Of a DNA stretch of 64,000 nt, positions 26,940-35,198 are shown in pieces; the first letter of the stretch is position 1, and each line of letters opens with the position of its first letter. Both the position numbers and the translations under genes were made by a program. Under the pieces are notes generated by a model that made no database searches, was not told the DNA's origin, and was given only the letters and a program-made list of their open reading frames with translations. The stretch is from the NCBI GenBank assembly GCA_937870845.1, contig CALMZR010000386.1:59-64058 (forward strand), read 5' to 3'. Origin of the DNA: an uncultured Chloroflexota bacterium (GTDB lineage: Bacteria > Chloroflexota > Chloroflexia > Thermomicrobiales > UBA6265).

Positions 26940-27866
26940 CTATGCCGCCAGTGCATCGATGACCTGCCGTCCCGCCGCGGTGTGCTCCGGATGTGTGCCA
27001 CAGCAGCCGCCGACGACGTGCGCTCCGAGGGCGAGCCACTCCGCGACGTGTCGGCCGTACTGCTCCCCGCTCATACCCCCCGCGGGCGACCACCCGACCT
27101 CGTCGTCGACATGACCCGCGTTCGCATAGCCGCCAATTGGGAGATCCGTCGCCTCCCGCAACTCGGCGATCCCCGCCGCAATCACCCCGGCCGGGGCGCA
27201 GTTCACGAAGACTGCCGCTGGCCGCAGTGGCAGCACCCGCCGCACTGCGTCGGCCAGCGTTTCGCCGCTGAACAAGCGCACCGGGCGCCCATCGTCGAGC
27301 TCGCTGCAAACGAACCCGATCGTGGCCGGCAGGCCCGTCTCCAAAGCCGCCCGGAGCGCCAGCTCCGCCTCCGTGCTCGTCGGCATCGTCTCGACCATCA
27401 GAAAATCGACGCCGGCCTCCGCCAGGTTGCGCGCCTGTGCGCGATGTTCCGCCAGCGCCGTCGCCGCTGGCGTGTCAAAGACCGGCGAGTAGCAGTCTTC
27501 CAGCGGAGCGATCGACCCGGCGACGAGTGCATCAGAGCGCCCGGAGGCGATGCGCGCCTCAGCCGCGAGGCGAACCGCCAGCGCATCCAACTCAGCGGCC
27601 CGCCCCGGGTCGATGCCGGCCTTCGCCAGCGTGCGAGCGGTCGAGCGAAACGTATTCGTGGTGATGATGTCCGCCCCGGCCAGCAGATTGTCGAGATGGA
27701 TCTGGCGCACCAGATCGGGCCGCTCCAGCAACCCCAGCGCCGACCAGAGCGGCAACCGTGTCGCCAGCCCGCGCCGGTTCAGATCGCTCCCCATGGCTGC
27801 GTCGAGCAGCAACGGCGGCCCCGTACGCAGCCGCTGTTCGAGGCCATGGCGCGCCGCCGCGATCAC
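26940..27866 (-). CDS. Homocysteine S-methyltransferase family protein
   Basis: C-terminal part of ORF 26940..29504. A GTG at 27866 overlaps the upstream stop (GTGA). Reads LLLDAAMGSDL...DIITTNTF...VNCAP...GGCCGTHPEH (Zn-ligand cysteines). 308 aa. Confidence 0.8.
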   Translation of the reverse strand: MIAAARHGLEQRLRTGPPLLLDAAMGSDLNRRGLATRLPLWSALGLLERPDLVRQIHLDNLLAGADIITTNTFRSTARTLAKAGIDPGRAAELDALAVRLAAEARIASGRSDALVAGSIAPLEDCYSPVFDTPAATALAEHRAQARNLAEAGVDFLMVETMPTSTEAELALRAALETGLPATIGFVCSELDDGRPVRLFSGETLADAVRRVLPLRPAAVFVNCAPAGVIAAGIAELREATDLPIGGYANAGHVDDEVGWSPAGGMSGEQYGRHVAEWLALGAHVVGGCCGTHPEHTAAGRQVIDALAA

Positions 27867-28231
27867 ATCCTCCACATCCCGGTGAGGTACGCGATCACCG
27901 CTAGGAACGTCGCCGCCAGCGACCAGATCATCAGCGCGACGCCGCGCGACTGCGTGGAAAGCCGCCGCCCAGCGGAGTGCTGCAGCGCCACGGGAACGAT
28001 GACCAACAGCCCGATGACGTAGTGCGTCGCGGTATTCTGCGCGCCGCCGCCCAGCAAGAGCAGGCCCAAGAGGTACTGCAACGCGAGCAAACCGGCCGCA
28101 ATGAACGATGCCGTGCGCAGCCAGGGAAGGTCTCTGCCGGCCGCCGCGATCGCCGCCAGGATCGTCACGACGATGAACGCGACGACGACCAGCCCGCCGA
28201 GCATATTGTGAATCCCGGACAACCCCTCCAC
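27863..28231 (-). CDS. Hypothetical integral membrane protein (about 4 TM helices)
   Basis: ORF 27863..28231, 122 aa, four hydrophobic stretches. It is translationally coupled to the methyltransferase gene and lies 24 nt downstream of the DUF362 gene. Confidence 0.55.
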   Translation of the reverse strand: MEGLSGIHNMLGGLVVVAFIVVTILAAIAAAGRDLPWLRTASFIAAGLLALQYLLGLLLLGGGAQNTATHYVIGLLVIVPVALQHSAGRRLSTQSRGVALMIWSLAATFLAVIAYLTGMWRM

Positions 28232-28255
28232 CGCTCCCCCCGTTCCCGCGCCTAC

Positions 28256-29470
28256 TTACCCCCGGCGCGCCGCCCGCGCCGCCAGGAACATCGCCGCCAG
28301 CAGCCCCGCCGCCCCTCCCGCCGCGATGGCGGTCGGCTTCGGCTCCGGCCCCGGCAGCACGACCCGCCCGTCCCCGTAGCTCTCGAACAGTCGGCCCCAT
28401 TTCGTCTGGAGGGCCTCTTTGACCCGCCGGCGCCCGACCACCGGATACCAATAGACATTGTGATAGACGTTCGAGGCGAAGTAGCTCCAGCCGTTCAGCG
28501 GCGATTGCAGGAGTTGCTTCTCGAACCGCTTCAATGGCCCGTGGTAGATCAGGTGCTGGCCGCGGGAGGCGAACGTGTCCTCCTTGACGAACTTCCAGTC
28601 TTCCAGCGAAACGTCGTAGCCGACGATCTCGATATCCTTGGGCTCGCCGACGCCCAGGCCCTTTTCGTGCGCGATGCGGATGAACGGCAGGTCCATCGGG
28701 TTGAACCCCTGCATCTTGGCCGAGATGGCGTCGATCGCCACCTGATCGGCGCTGGCCAGCAGGATGTCCTTCTCGTGCGGCCGCATCGCGCGCGGCCCCG
28801 CCCCGTCGCCCGCGAACGTCCCGTCCATCACCGCGAAGAGCCCGGAGTGGATGTCCTGCTGGATCTGCAGCAGGTCGACCAGCGTCTCGTGGATGACGGC
28901 GTGGGTATGGTGGCGGCGGTCGTTGAGCAGCCCGCCGAAGGCATTCTTCATCGCTCCGGTGATGGTGGTGAAGACGTGGGTCTTCACCGTCGGGAGCTGG
29001 ATGATGTTGCGGCCGTAGAAGAGCTTGGGAACCTTCACCCCCTCGGGGAAGATGCGGTCCAGCACCAGAAACGGCTTCGTCGGCGTGTACGTCACCCACT
29101 CGACGTGCGGCTCGTAGAGATGGACGTTGGCCACGCCGTAGCGGTCGACGACGTACTTGTGCTTGTTGTTGCGCTCCCCGACGCGGGCATCGACGACAAC
29201 GGTCCCGTTGTGCCCGGCGATGAGGTTCCGATAACCATCCGCCTGTAACGCGCGGATGACCCCCTCGAGCTGCCAGGGCGTCGTCGAGCAGGCCGGATAC
29301 CACGTCTGCCAGGAGATGTTGATCTTCAGAATGGTGTCGCGGTCGAGCGGGAGCGCGTCTTGATACCCTGCCAGGCGCATGACGTCGCCCACGTCGGCCA
29401 GCACCGTCTCCGGCCGCGTCTTGAGCGCCGCGACCTTGCCGCGGCCCGGGAACTGCTCGGGGGGGATCAT
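28256..29470 (-). CDS. DUF362 domain protein with hydrophobic C-terminal tail
   Basis: ORF 28256..29524; start taken at ATG 29470. Reads GKVAALKTRPETVLADVGDVMRLAGY...DTILKINISWQ...CSTTPWQLEGVIRAL, as I recall for DUF362. C-terminus AIAAGGAAGLLAAMFLAARAARRG. Confidence 0.6.
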   Translation of the reverse strand: MIPPEQFPGRGKVAALKTRPETVLADVGDVMRLAGYQDALPLDRDTILKINISWQTWYPACSTTPWQLEGVIRALQADGYRNLIAGHNGTVVVDARVGERNNKHKYVVDRYGVANVHLYEPHVEWVTYTPTKPFLVLDRIFPEGVKVPKLFYGRNIIQLPTVKTHVFTTITGAMKNAFGGLLNDRRHHTHAVIHETLVDLLQIQQDIHSGLFAVMDGTFAGDGAGPRAMRPHEKDILLASADQVAIDAISAKMQGFNPMDLPFIRIAHEKGLGVGEPKDIEIVGYDVSLEDWKFVKEDTFASRGQHLIYHGPLKRFEKQLLQSPLNGWSYFASNVYHNVYWYPVVGRRRVKEALQTKWGRLFESYGDGRVVLPGPEPKPTAIAAGGAAGLLAAMFLAARAARRG

Positions 29471-29650
29471 GAGAAACGATCGACCTTTCGCTGGAATCGA
29501 GCATTCATCGAGAACGCATGGCAATCGGTGACACAGCCGGGCCGATGCTACGCCGCTCGCCGGATGGGGGTCAAGCAGGGCATCGCATCGCGCGTTGGAC
29601 CGTCGATAGCGCCCATGTGAGGCATCGGTCGCGCGGTCACGGCTCCGTTG

Positions 29651-29712
29651 GGCACGGCATGCCGTGCCCCTACAATGGGGCGGGATGCGGGAGGGGCACG
29701 GTATGCCGTGCC
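29651..29712. promoter_or_regulatory. Two 18-bp palindromes flanking a TACAAT box in a divergent promoter region
   Basis: GGCACGGCATGCCGTGCC (29651-29668, perfect palindrome), TACAAT (29671-29676), GGCACGGTATGCCGTGCC (29695-29712, one central mismatch). Centres are 44 bp apart. Confidence 0.5.
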
Positions 29713-29783
29713 CGGTTCACAGGGCGACCCTCCCTGATGGATACCGCGATCCCTTGAAACGATCGCGGATCGGGGAGCCAGGG

Positions 29784-31229
29784 GTGTCTGCATCCATCGA
29801 GCTCGGGCGCGCACTCTGGCACGCCATCGGTCAAGGCCTCACTGCCCACGCCATCATGCTGCGCGACGCGGCGATCATCGACGACGCCTTCTCCGCCGCG
29901 ATCCTCATCGCCGCCGATGGCGTCTCACGGGGCGATCCGCCAGCGGTCGATGGCGCCATGGCGCTGGCCGCCGCCTTCGACGACCGCATCGATAGCCTCA
30001 TCGCTCCCGGCGCCGTCGGAGCAGCGCGCATCGGCCGTGCCCGGCACGACCTTGCCGCCGCCGCCGGGCGACTCGTCTTGCGAGACCGGGCATTGACGCT
30101 CGCCAGCGGCATCGACGCCTCGGGCGCCGCGCTGATCGATCTGGCGGAGGCCCACGTCTTCACCCTCCTGCCCGTCTGGTCCGAGGCCAGTCCGCTGCAA
30201 CCGACCAACCTCGCCCACTTCCTGACCGGAGCCACCGCACCCCTCGCCCGCGCCGCGCGCCGGCTCCAGCACGCGTACGACGACCTGGACCGCTCCCCGC
30301 TGGGCTCGGCAGCCCTCGGCGGCTCCGGTCTGCCCGTCGACCGCGACGAGCTGTCTGATCTGCTCGGAAGCGAAGGCCCCATCGCAAGCACCTTCGATGC
30401 GGTCTCCGCCGTCGATCACCTCGGCGCGACCGCGTCGGCAGCGTCTGCCGCCGCCGCCCCGATCCGCCGCCTCGCCGAAGAGTGGCTCGTCTGGCTGCGC
30501 ACCGATCCTCAGGCATTGCGCCTCGCCGAAGACCTCCTCGCGCCGTCCGATCCCAACCTGCCCCACTTTCGCCCCTCAGAAGGGCTCGCGAGCCTGACCG
30601 CCATGGCGCGGCGGGTGGAGAGCGACGCGGACTCCGTCCAGCGCCTCGCCCACGACGTTCCGTACGGCCCGGTCGGCGCCGCGGCCGACGACGCGCTGGC
30701 GCTCCTGGCCGAGACGCTGGCCTTAGCCGTCGCCGCGCATGAGGCGTTCCGCTCGCTCATCACCGAATCGCTCGAAATCAACCGGGCCTGGCTCGCGCGG
30801 AATGCCGGCCGCTCGCTGATCACCGCCGGGGATCTTGCCGACCTGTTGATGGCCGAAGAAGGGCTCGACCCTGCCGCCGCCCGCAACATCGCCGCGCAAG
30901 TCGCCAATCGGGCATGGGCGGAAGGGCTGGAAGCGAGCGCCATCACCCCGGAGATGATCGACGCCGCCGCCCTGCTCAATGTCGGCCGGGAGCTCGGCAT
31001 AGAGATCGAGCGGCTCGGAGCCTACCTCGCCCCACGCCGGTTCATCGAGAAACGCGCCGTCCTCGGCGGCCCGGCCCCGACAGCCATCCGCGAACACCTT
31101 GCCCAGGAAAAAACCCGACTCGAGGAGGATGCTCGCTGGTCGGAGGCGAAGCGCCGCCGCATCGCCCTCGCCGAAGAAAACCGCCGCATCCGCACCCGCG
31201 AGATTCTCGAGGCCGCCCCAACCGGCTGA
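29784..31229 (+). CDS. Argininosuccinate-lyase/fumarase-fold protein with degenerate catalytic motifs and coiled-coil C-terminal extension
   Basis: ORF 29664..31229. I prefer GTG 29784 (GGGGAG upstream, downstream of the TACAAT box). By-eye alignment to ArgH: RIGRARHD vs GRSRND, PVWSEASPLQP vs GYTHLQRAQP, SPLGSAALGGSGLPVDRD vs SPLGCGALAGT..IDR, FDAVSAVDH vs LDSVSDRDH. Confidence 0.55.
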   Translation: MSASIELGRALWHAIGQGLTAHAIMLRDAAIIDDAFSAAILIAADGVSRGDPPAVDGAMALAAAFDDRIDSLIAPGAVGAARIGRARHDLAAAAGRLVLRDRALTLASGIDASGAALIDLAEAHVFTLLPVWSEASPLQPTNLAHFLTGATAPLARAARRLQHAYDDLDRSPLGSAALGGSGLPVDRDELSDLLGSEGPIASTFDAVSAVDHLGATASAASAAAAPIRRLAEEWLVWLRTDPQALRLAEDLLAPSDPNLPHFRPSEGLASLTAMARRVESDADSVQRLAHDVPYGPVGAAADDALALLAETLALAVAAHEAFRSLITESLEINRAWLARNAGRSLITAGDLADLLMAEEGLDPAAARNIAAQVANRAWAEGLEASAITPEMIDAAALLNVGRELGIEIERLGAYLAPRRFIEKRAVLGGPAPTAIREHLAQEKTRLEEDARWSEAKRRRIALAEENRRIRTREILEAAPTG

Positions 31230-31262
31230 CCCACCTCAGGGCCATCTTGGATCCTTCCCGTT

Positions 31263-31300
31263 CTGCCCCGCCTGGCCGTTTAGGCCAGGCGTCGGGGCAG
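31263..31300 (+). terminator. Stem-loop after the lyase-fold gene
   Basis: CTGCCCCGCCTGGCC (31263-31277), loop GTTTA, GGCCAGGCGTCGGGGCAG (31283-31300). A long GC stem with one bulge and no clear U-tract. Confidence 0.5.
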
Positions 31301-31324
31301 CCTCGTCCCCTTCGCCCCACACGC

Positions 31325-31330
31325 TACACT
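31325..31330 (+). promoter_or_regulatory. -10-like TACACT (CGCTACACT) upstream of hflX
   Basis: It matches the CTAnnnT pattern seen upstream of several genes here. AAGGAG follows at 31361-31366. Confidence 0.3.
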
Positions 31331-31372
31331 TCCCAATTCGTCAATGCGGACTGCATCACCAAGGAGCCTCCC

Positions 31373-32764
31373 ATTCCACGCGCACCACTCGCCACCAACC
31401 GCCCTACCGAGCACGCGCTCCTGATCGCCGTCGAGCGCCCGGGCCAGCCCTGGGCGGCCGCCGACTCGCTGGAGGAGCTGGCCCGCCTCGCCGAGACCGT
31501 CGACGTCGAGGTGGTCGGCTCGGTCACGCAGAGACTCTCGCACCCCCTGGCCGGGACGTACGTCGGCAAAGGGAAGCTGGAAGAGATCAAGGAGCGTCGG
31601 GCCGACGTCGAGTACGACGTGGTCATGGTCGACGACGACCTCACCCCCGCCCAGCAGCGCAACCTCGAGCGCGCCCTCGACGTCATGGTCATCGACCGCA
31701 CGGCGCTCATCCTCGACGTCTTCGCCCGCCGCGCCGCGACCCACGAGGGCCGGCTCCAGGTGGAATTGGCGCAGCTCGAGTACCGCCTGCCCCGCCTGAC
31801 CGGCATGTGGACCCACCTCTCCCGCCAGGGGGTCGGCGGCGTCGGCCTGCGCGGCCCCGGCGAGACCCAGCTCGAGAGCGACCGCCGCGAGCTGGGCAAA
31901 CGCATCGTCCACCTCAAGCGCGAGCTGGCCGACGTCCATATCCATCGCCAGGGCTACCGCGACCGCCGCCGCGACGTCCCGATCCCGGTCGTCGCCCTCG
32001 TCGGCTACACCAACGCCGGCAAGAGCACCCTGCTCAACGCGTTGACCGGGGCGAACGTGATGGCCGAGGACAAACTCTTCGCCACCCTTGACCCGACGAC
32101 GCGGCGCCGCGCCCTGCCCAGCGGCCGCGAGGTTCTCTTCACCGACACCGTCGGCTTCATCAACAACCTGCCGACACTCCTCATCGCCGCCTTCCGCGCC
32201 ACCCTGGAGGAGATCAACGAGGCGACGGTTCTGCTGCACGTGGTCGACGTCACTCACCCCAACGCCCCGGAGCAGATGCAGACGGTCAAGGACGTCCTGG
32301 AGGAACTTGGGGCCGACGACAAGCCGGTCGTCACCGCCCTCAACAAGGTCGACCGCCTCTTCCCCAACGGCGGCGCCGAGCCAGACATGGATGATCTGCT
32401 GGCGAGACTCGGCCCAGCCGCGGACCTGGCCGTCCGCCCGGTCGCCATTTCGGCGCAGCTCGGCATCGGCTTCGACCACATGCTGGCCATGGTGCAGGAC
32501 GCGTTGGAGGAAGACGCCGATTTCGTCCCGGTGACGCTGAGCGCGCCCTTCGCCAACAGCGACCTCATCGACCGTTTCCACCGCCTGGGCCGCGTCGAGG
32601 AGACGAACTTCGACGAATCGGGCACGACGCTGCACGGCTACCTCCCCGCCCGCGAGCTGGGCCGGTTCGCGCCCTTCATCGTGCTCCGAACCGAGGCGGC
32701 CCGCGACAACGGGCGAGCGGCCACGTCGATCACGCCGATACCCGCCTCCGCCGCCAGCGACTAG
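31373..32764 (+). CDS. hflX: GTPase HflX (start uncertain; no canonical start codon near the N-terminus of the conserved domain)
   Basis: In-frame part of ORF 30914..32764. Reads ALLIAVE...GKGKLEEIKE...DDDLTPAQQRNLERAL...VIDRTALILDVFARRAATHEGRLQVELAQLEY, G-domain GYTNAGKST, DTVGF, NKVD. Candidate starts are ATT 31373 (6 nt after AAGGAG) or TTG 31247. Confidence 0.9.
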   Translation: MPRAPLATNRPTEHALLIAVERPGQPWAAADSLEELARLAETVDVEVVGSVTQRLSHPLAGTYVGKGKLEEIKERRADVEYDVVMVDDDLTPAQQRNLERALDVMVIDRTALILDVFARRAATHEGRLQVELAQLEYRLPRLTGMWTHLSRQGVGGVGLRGPGETQLESDRRELGKRIVHLKRELADVHIHRQGYRDRRRDVPIPVVALVGYTNAGKSTLLNALTGANVMAEDKLFATLDPTTRRRALPSGREVLFTDTVGFINNLPTLLIAAFRATLEEINEATVLLHVVDVTHPNAPEQMQTVKDVLEELGADDKPVVTALNKVDRLFPNGGAEPDMDDLLARLGPAADLAVRPVAISAQLGIGFDHMLAMVQDALEEDADFVPVTLSAPFANSDLIDRFHRLGRVEETNFDESGTTLHGYLPARELGRFAPFIVLRTEAARDNGRAATSITPIPASAASD

Positions 32765-32766
32765 CC

Positions 32767-33342
32767 GTGGCCTTGATCGATCTCGAGGCCCGCGAGATCC
32801 ACGCCAAGATCGTCTACTTCGGCCCCGAGCTGAGCGGCAAGACGACCAGCCTGCGCGCCATCGCCGACGGAGTCCCGCCCGAAACCCGCGGCAGCTTCCG
32901 CTCCATCGCCTCCGAGTCTGCGCGGACCATCTTCTCTGACTCGCTGCCGATCGACCTCGGCGAGCGCCTCGGCTTCCGCTTGCACTGGCATCTCTACACC
33001 GTCCCCGGCCAGCCCCGCTCCTCCGGGGCGCGGGCCGTCGTGCTGCACGGCGCCGACGGCATCGTCTTCGTCGCCGACGCCGCGCCGCTGCGCATGGCCG
33101 AGAACTTCCACTCGTTCAAGGAGCTCGAAACCCTGCTGTCCGCGCAGGGCAAGGCCCTCGGCGACTTCCCGATGGTCCTCGAGTGCAACAAATCCGATCT
33201 TCCCGATGCGGTGCTTCCCGCGGACATTGCTGCAACGCTCGGCCTCAACGAAGGCGCGGCAATCCGCGCCTCCGCCATCAACGGCGCAGGCGTCTTCGAC
33301 GCCCTTCGGTTGGTTAGCAAGCAGGTGGCGGCGCGTCTGTAG
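32767..33342 (+). CDS. mglA: MglA-family Ras-like small GTPase
   Basis: ORF 32767..33342, 191 aa, GTG start 2 nt after the hflX stop. Reads REIHAKIVYFGPELSGKTTSL (P-loop), ARTIFSDSLP (switch I with Arg-Thr), LYTVPGQ (switch II), CNKSD, GVFDAL. Closely parallels Myxococcus MglA as I recall it. Confidence 0.8.
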   Translation: MALIDLEAREIHAKIVYFGPELSGKTTSLRAIADGVPPETRGSFRSIASESARTIFSDSLPIDLGERLGFRLHWHLYTVPGQPRSSGARAVVLHGADGIVFVADAAPLRMAENFHSFKELETLLSAQGKALGDFPMVLECNKSDLPDAVLPADIAATLGLNEGAAIRASAINGAGVFDALRLVSKQVAARL

Positions 33343-33351
33343 CTGGACGTA

Positions 33352-34524
33352 TCACGCGCCGGGCTGCAATGGGTTGGTGTTGGCGAACGTCACCAGGATG
33401 AGCTTGACAGGCTGGTCGTTGGCGCTGCGGAAGACCCGGCCCGGCGGAAACGAGCCCAGGGGCCGCGTTCCCTGCCCGAGCGAGACGGGCGGCGACGGAT
33501 TCCCGTCGCTATCGACGTCCACGGCGACCAGCCGACCCGACTCGACCTTCAGCATCTCCAGCCCCGGCACGGAATCGACCCGCAGCCTTCCTTCCGGCAG
33601 AAGCGTGATCTGGTAGACGCTCATGACCGCCGGTCGGCTGGGCGTGGGGATGAACTCTTCCATGATCACCGTGTAGTTCAGCGTCCCTTCCGGCGGAAAC
33701 CCGACGAGAGGGGTTCTGATCTTCGCTTCCAGAATCCGGACCACCTCGGTCCCGGTGTTCCGCCATACCGAGACCACGCCAGTCGGTGTGTAGGCGCGGT
33801 CGCCGGTCTGCAACACGAGCGGGGCGGCAGCATCGATCACGGACGGCGTACTGGCCCCGGCCCCGGTCACCGCGATGGGGCCGTCCGTCTCGATGGTGAG
33901 CGCGCCGGCTTCGACAAGGAACGCCGCCGGTTCTTCGCCACTGTAGCCGCGGCGTCCCACTTCCACAGCCGCGCCGGGTTGCATCACCCAGCGCGACAGG
34001 TCGGCGTCGAGCGGGCCCTCCGGGAAGTTCTCGAACCGCGCTTGCAGCAGCAGCGACTGCTCCGTGATGCCGGGCCCCAGCACGAGCGGGAATGCGCCCT
34101 CGTCCTGCGGCAGGCTCGCGCCGGCCCGCGGCATCACCGCGACTGACGCCGCCATGATGGTCAGCAGCGCGGCGGTCGCCGCCAGACTCATCACGCGGCG
34201 GCGCGCTGCCAGGGACCACGCCGGGCTGGGCGGTGAATTGGCGCTTCCCGCCTTCTGGAAATCGAGTCCGCCAGCCGGCCGAAGGTCGGTTGGGGCGCTG
34301 CCCAGCAACTGATGCTCCAGACGCGCGGCGAACCCGGGATCAGGCAGCGGAGCGTCGTCGAGCGCAAGGATCGATTGTATGACGACCCCGATGACGGGCT
34401 CGATCCCAGGCGGGGGAACCGGCTCGCCACCCACGAGGGCATCCCAGTAGCGCTCTTCGGCCAGCGCGAGGCAGCGGTCGCCATGCCCGTCGCGTCCAAG
34501 TCCGAGCAGCACGTCAGGCGCCAT
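33352..34524 (-). CDS. Putative anti-sigma factor: cytoplasmic N-domain, one TM segment, two cupin-like extracytoplasmic modules
   Basis: ORF 33352..34524, 390 aa. It overlaps the ECF sigma gene by 11 nt. TM VMSLAATAALLTIMAASVAV. The function call rests on position only. Confidence 0.45.
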   Translation of the reverse strand: MAPDVLLGLGRDGHGDRCLALAEERYWDALVGGEPVPPPGIEPVIGVVIQSILALDDAPLPDPGFAARLEHQLLGSAPTDLRPAGGLDFQKAGSANSPPSPAWSLAARRRVMSLAATAALLTIMAASVAVMPRAGASLPQDEGAFPLVLGPGITEQSLLLQARFENFPEGPLDADLSRWVMQPGAAVEVGRRGYSGEEPAAFLVEAGALTIETDGPIAVTGAGASTPSVIDAAAPLVLQTGDRAYTPTGVVSVWRNTGTEVVRILEAKIRTPLVGFPPEGTLNYTVIMEEFIPTPSRPAVMSVYQITLLPEGRLRVDSVPGLEMLKVESGRLVAVDVDSDGNPSPPVSLGQGTRPLGSFPPGRVFRSANDQPVKLILVTFANTNPLQPGA

Positions 34525-35098
34525 CGCGGCTCTCCCCAGCTTCCGCCTGTTGCGCGAGCAGCTCGCGCATCCGCGACAGCGTCTGATGTTGCACGTTGCG
34601 GATCGTGCCGTGGCTGCGGCCCATCACCGCGGCGATCTCGACCGCGGTCAGGCCGGCGAGCCGCAGTTCCACCACCTGGCGCTGCGCGGGCGTGAGCTGG
34701 CTCATGAGACCCGCGAGGGTCTGACCGGCCTCTGCCCGGATCAACAACTCGTCGGGCGAGGGCGAAGGATCGGCAACGCTGCCCGCTTCGTGCAGCGGCG
34801 ACGTTGGCGGGGCCTTGCGCACCTCGTCCACGACGACGTGATGGGCGATGGTGAACAGCCAGGCCCGAAACGATCCGCCGTGAAAGCGCGACAGTCCCGC
34901 CAGAGCCTGAGCGAAGAACTGGCTTGTCGCGTCCTCGGCGGCGTCCTGATGTCTCAGGCGGCGGTAGCAGTAGCGGTAAACGTCGGGGAGAAGCTCTCGG
35001 TAGAGCAGCGCGAAGTCGTCGCGACCGAGCTGCGCCCGTGCGCCGAGCGCTCCCTCGTCTTCGACCGTAGGGGCGCCGCCAAACGGAACGGCCACCAT
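34514..35098 (-). CDS. ECF-type RNA polymerase sigma-70 factor
   Basis: ORF 34514..35110; ATG 35098 is preferred (GGTGGAG 6 nt upstream). Region 2 FALLYRELLPDVYRYCYRRL...AEDATSQFF, region 4 LTPAQRQVVELRLAGLTAVEIAAVMGRSHGTIRNVQHQ. Confidence 0.85.
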   Translation of the reverse strand: MVAVPFGGAPTVEDEGALGARAQLGRDDFALLYRELLPDVYRYCYRRLRHQDAAEDATSQFFAQALAGLSRFHGGSFRAWLFTIAHHVVVDEVRKAPPTSPLHEAGSVADPSPSPDELLIRAEAGQTLAGLMSQLTPAQRQVVELRLAGLTAVEIAAVMGRSHGTIRNVQHQTLSRMRELLAQQAEAGESRDGA

Positions 35099-35198
35099 GG
35101 TCTGCTCCACCGCAACACGCGTTGCCGCTCTACCCTACAAGAACGGGAATCCACGAAAAGTGTCACTGATTGGCGCTGGCGGCCAGTCTGGAGATGAT

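Noticed and set aside
26940-29504. 854-aa ORF on the minus strand, the longest in this region of the track
   Set aside because: Most of it is Arg/Gly/Pro-rich shadow sequence in the wrong frame over the DUF362 and membrane-protein genes. Only its last 308 codons (homocysteine methyltransferase, from GTG 27866) look real.
30914-31372. Upstream 153 codons of the ORF containing hflX
   Set aside because: This part overlaps the 3' end of the lyase-fold gene in another frame and crosses a terminator-like hairpin. It encodes Arg/Pro-rich sequence unlike any HflX N-terminus.
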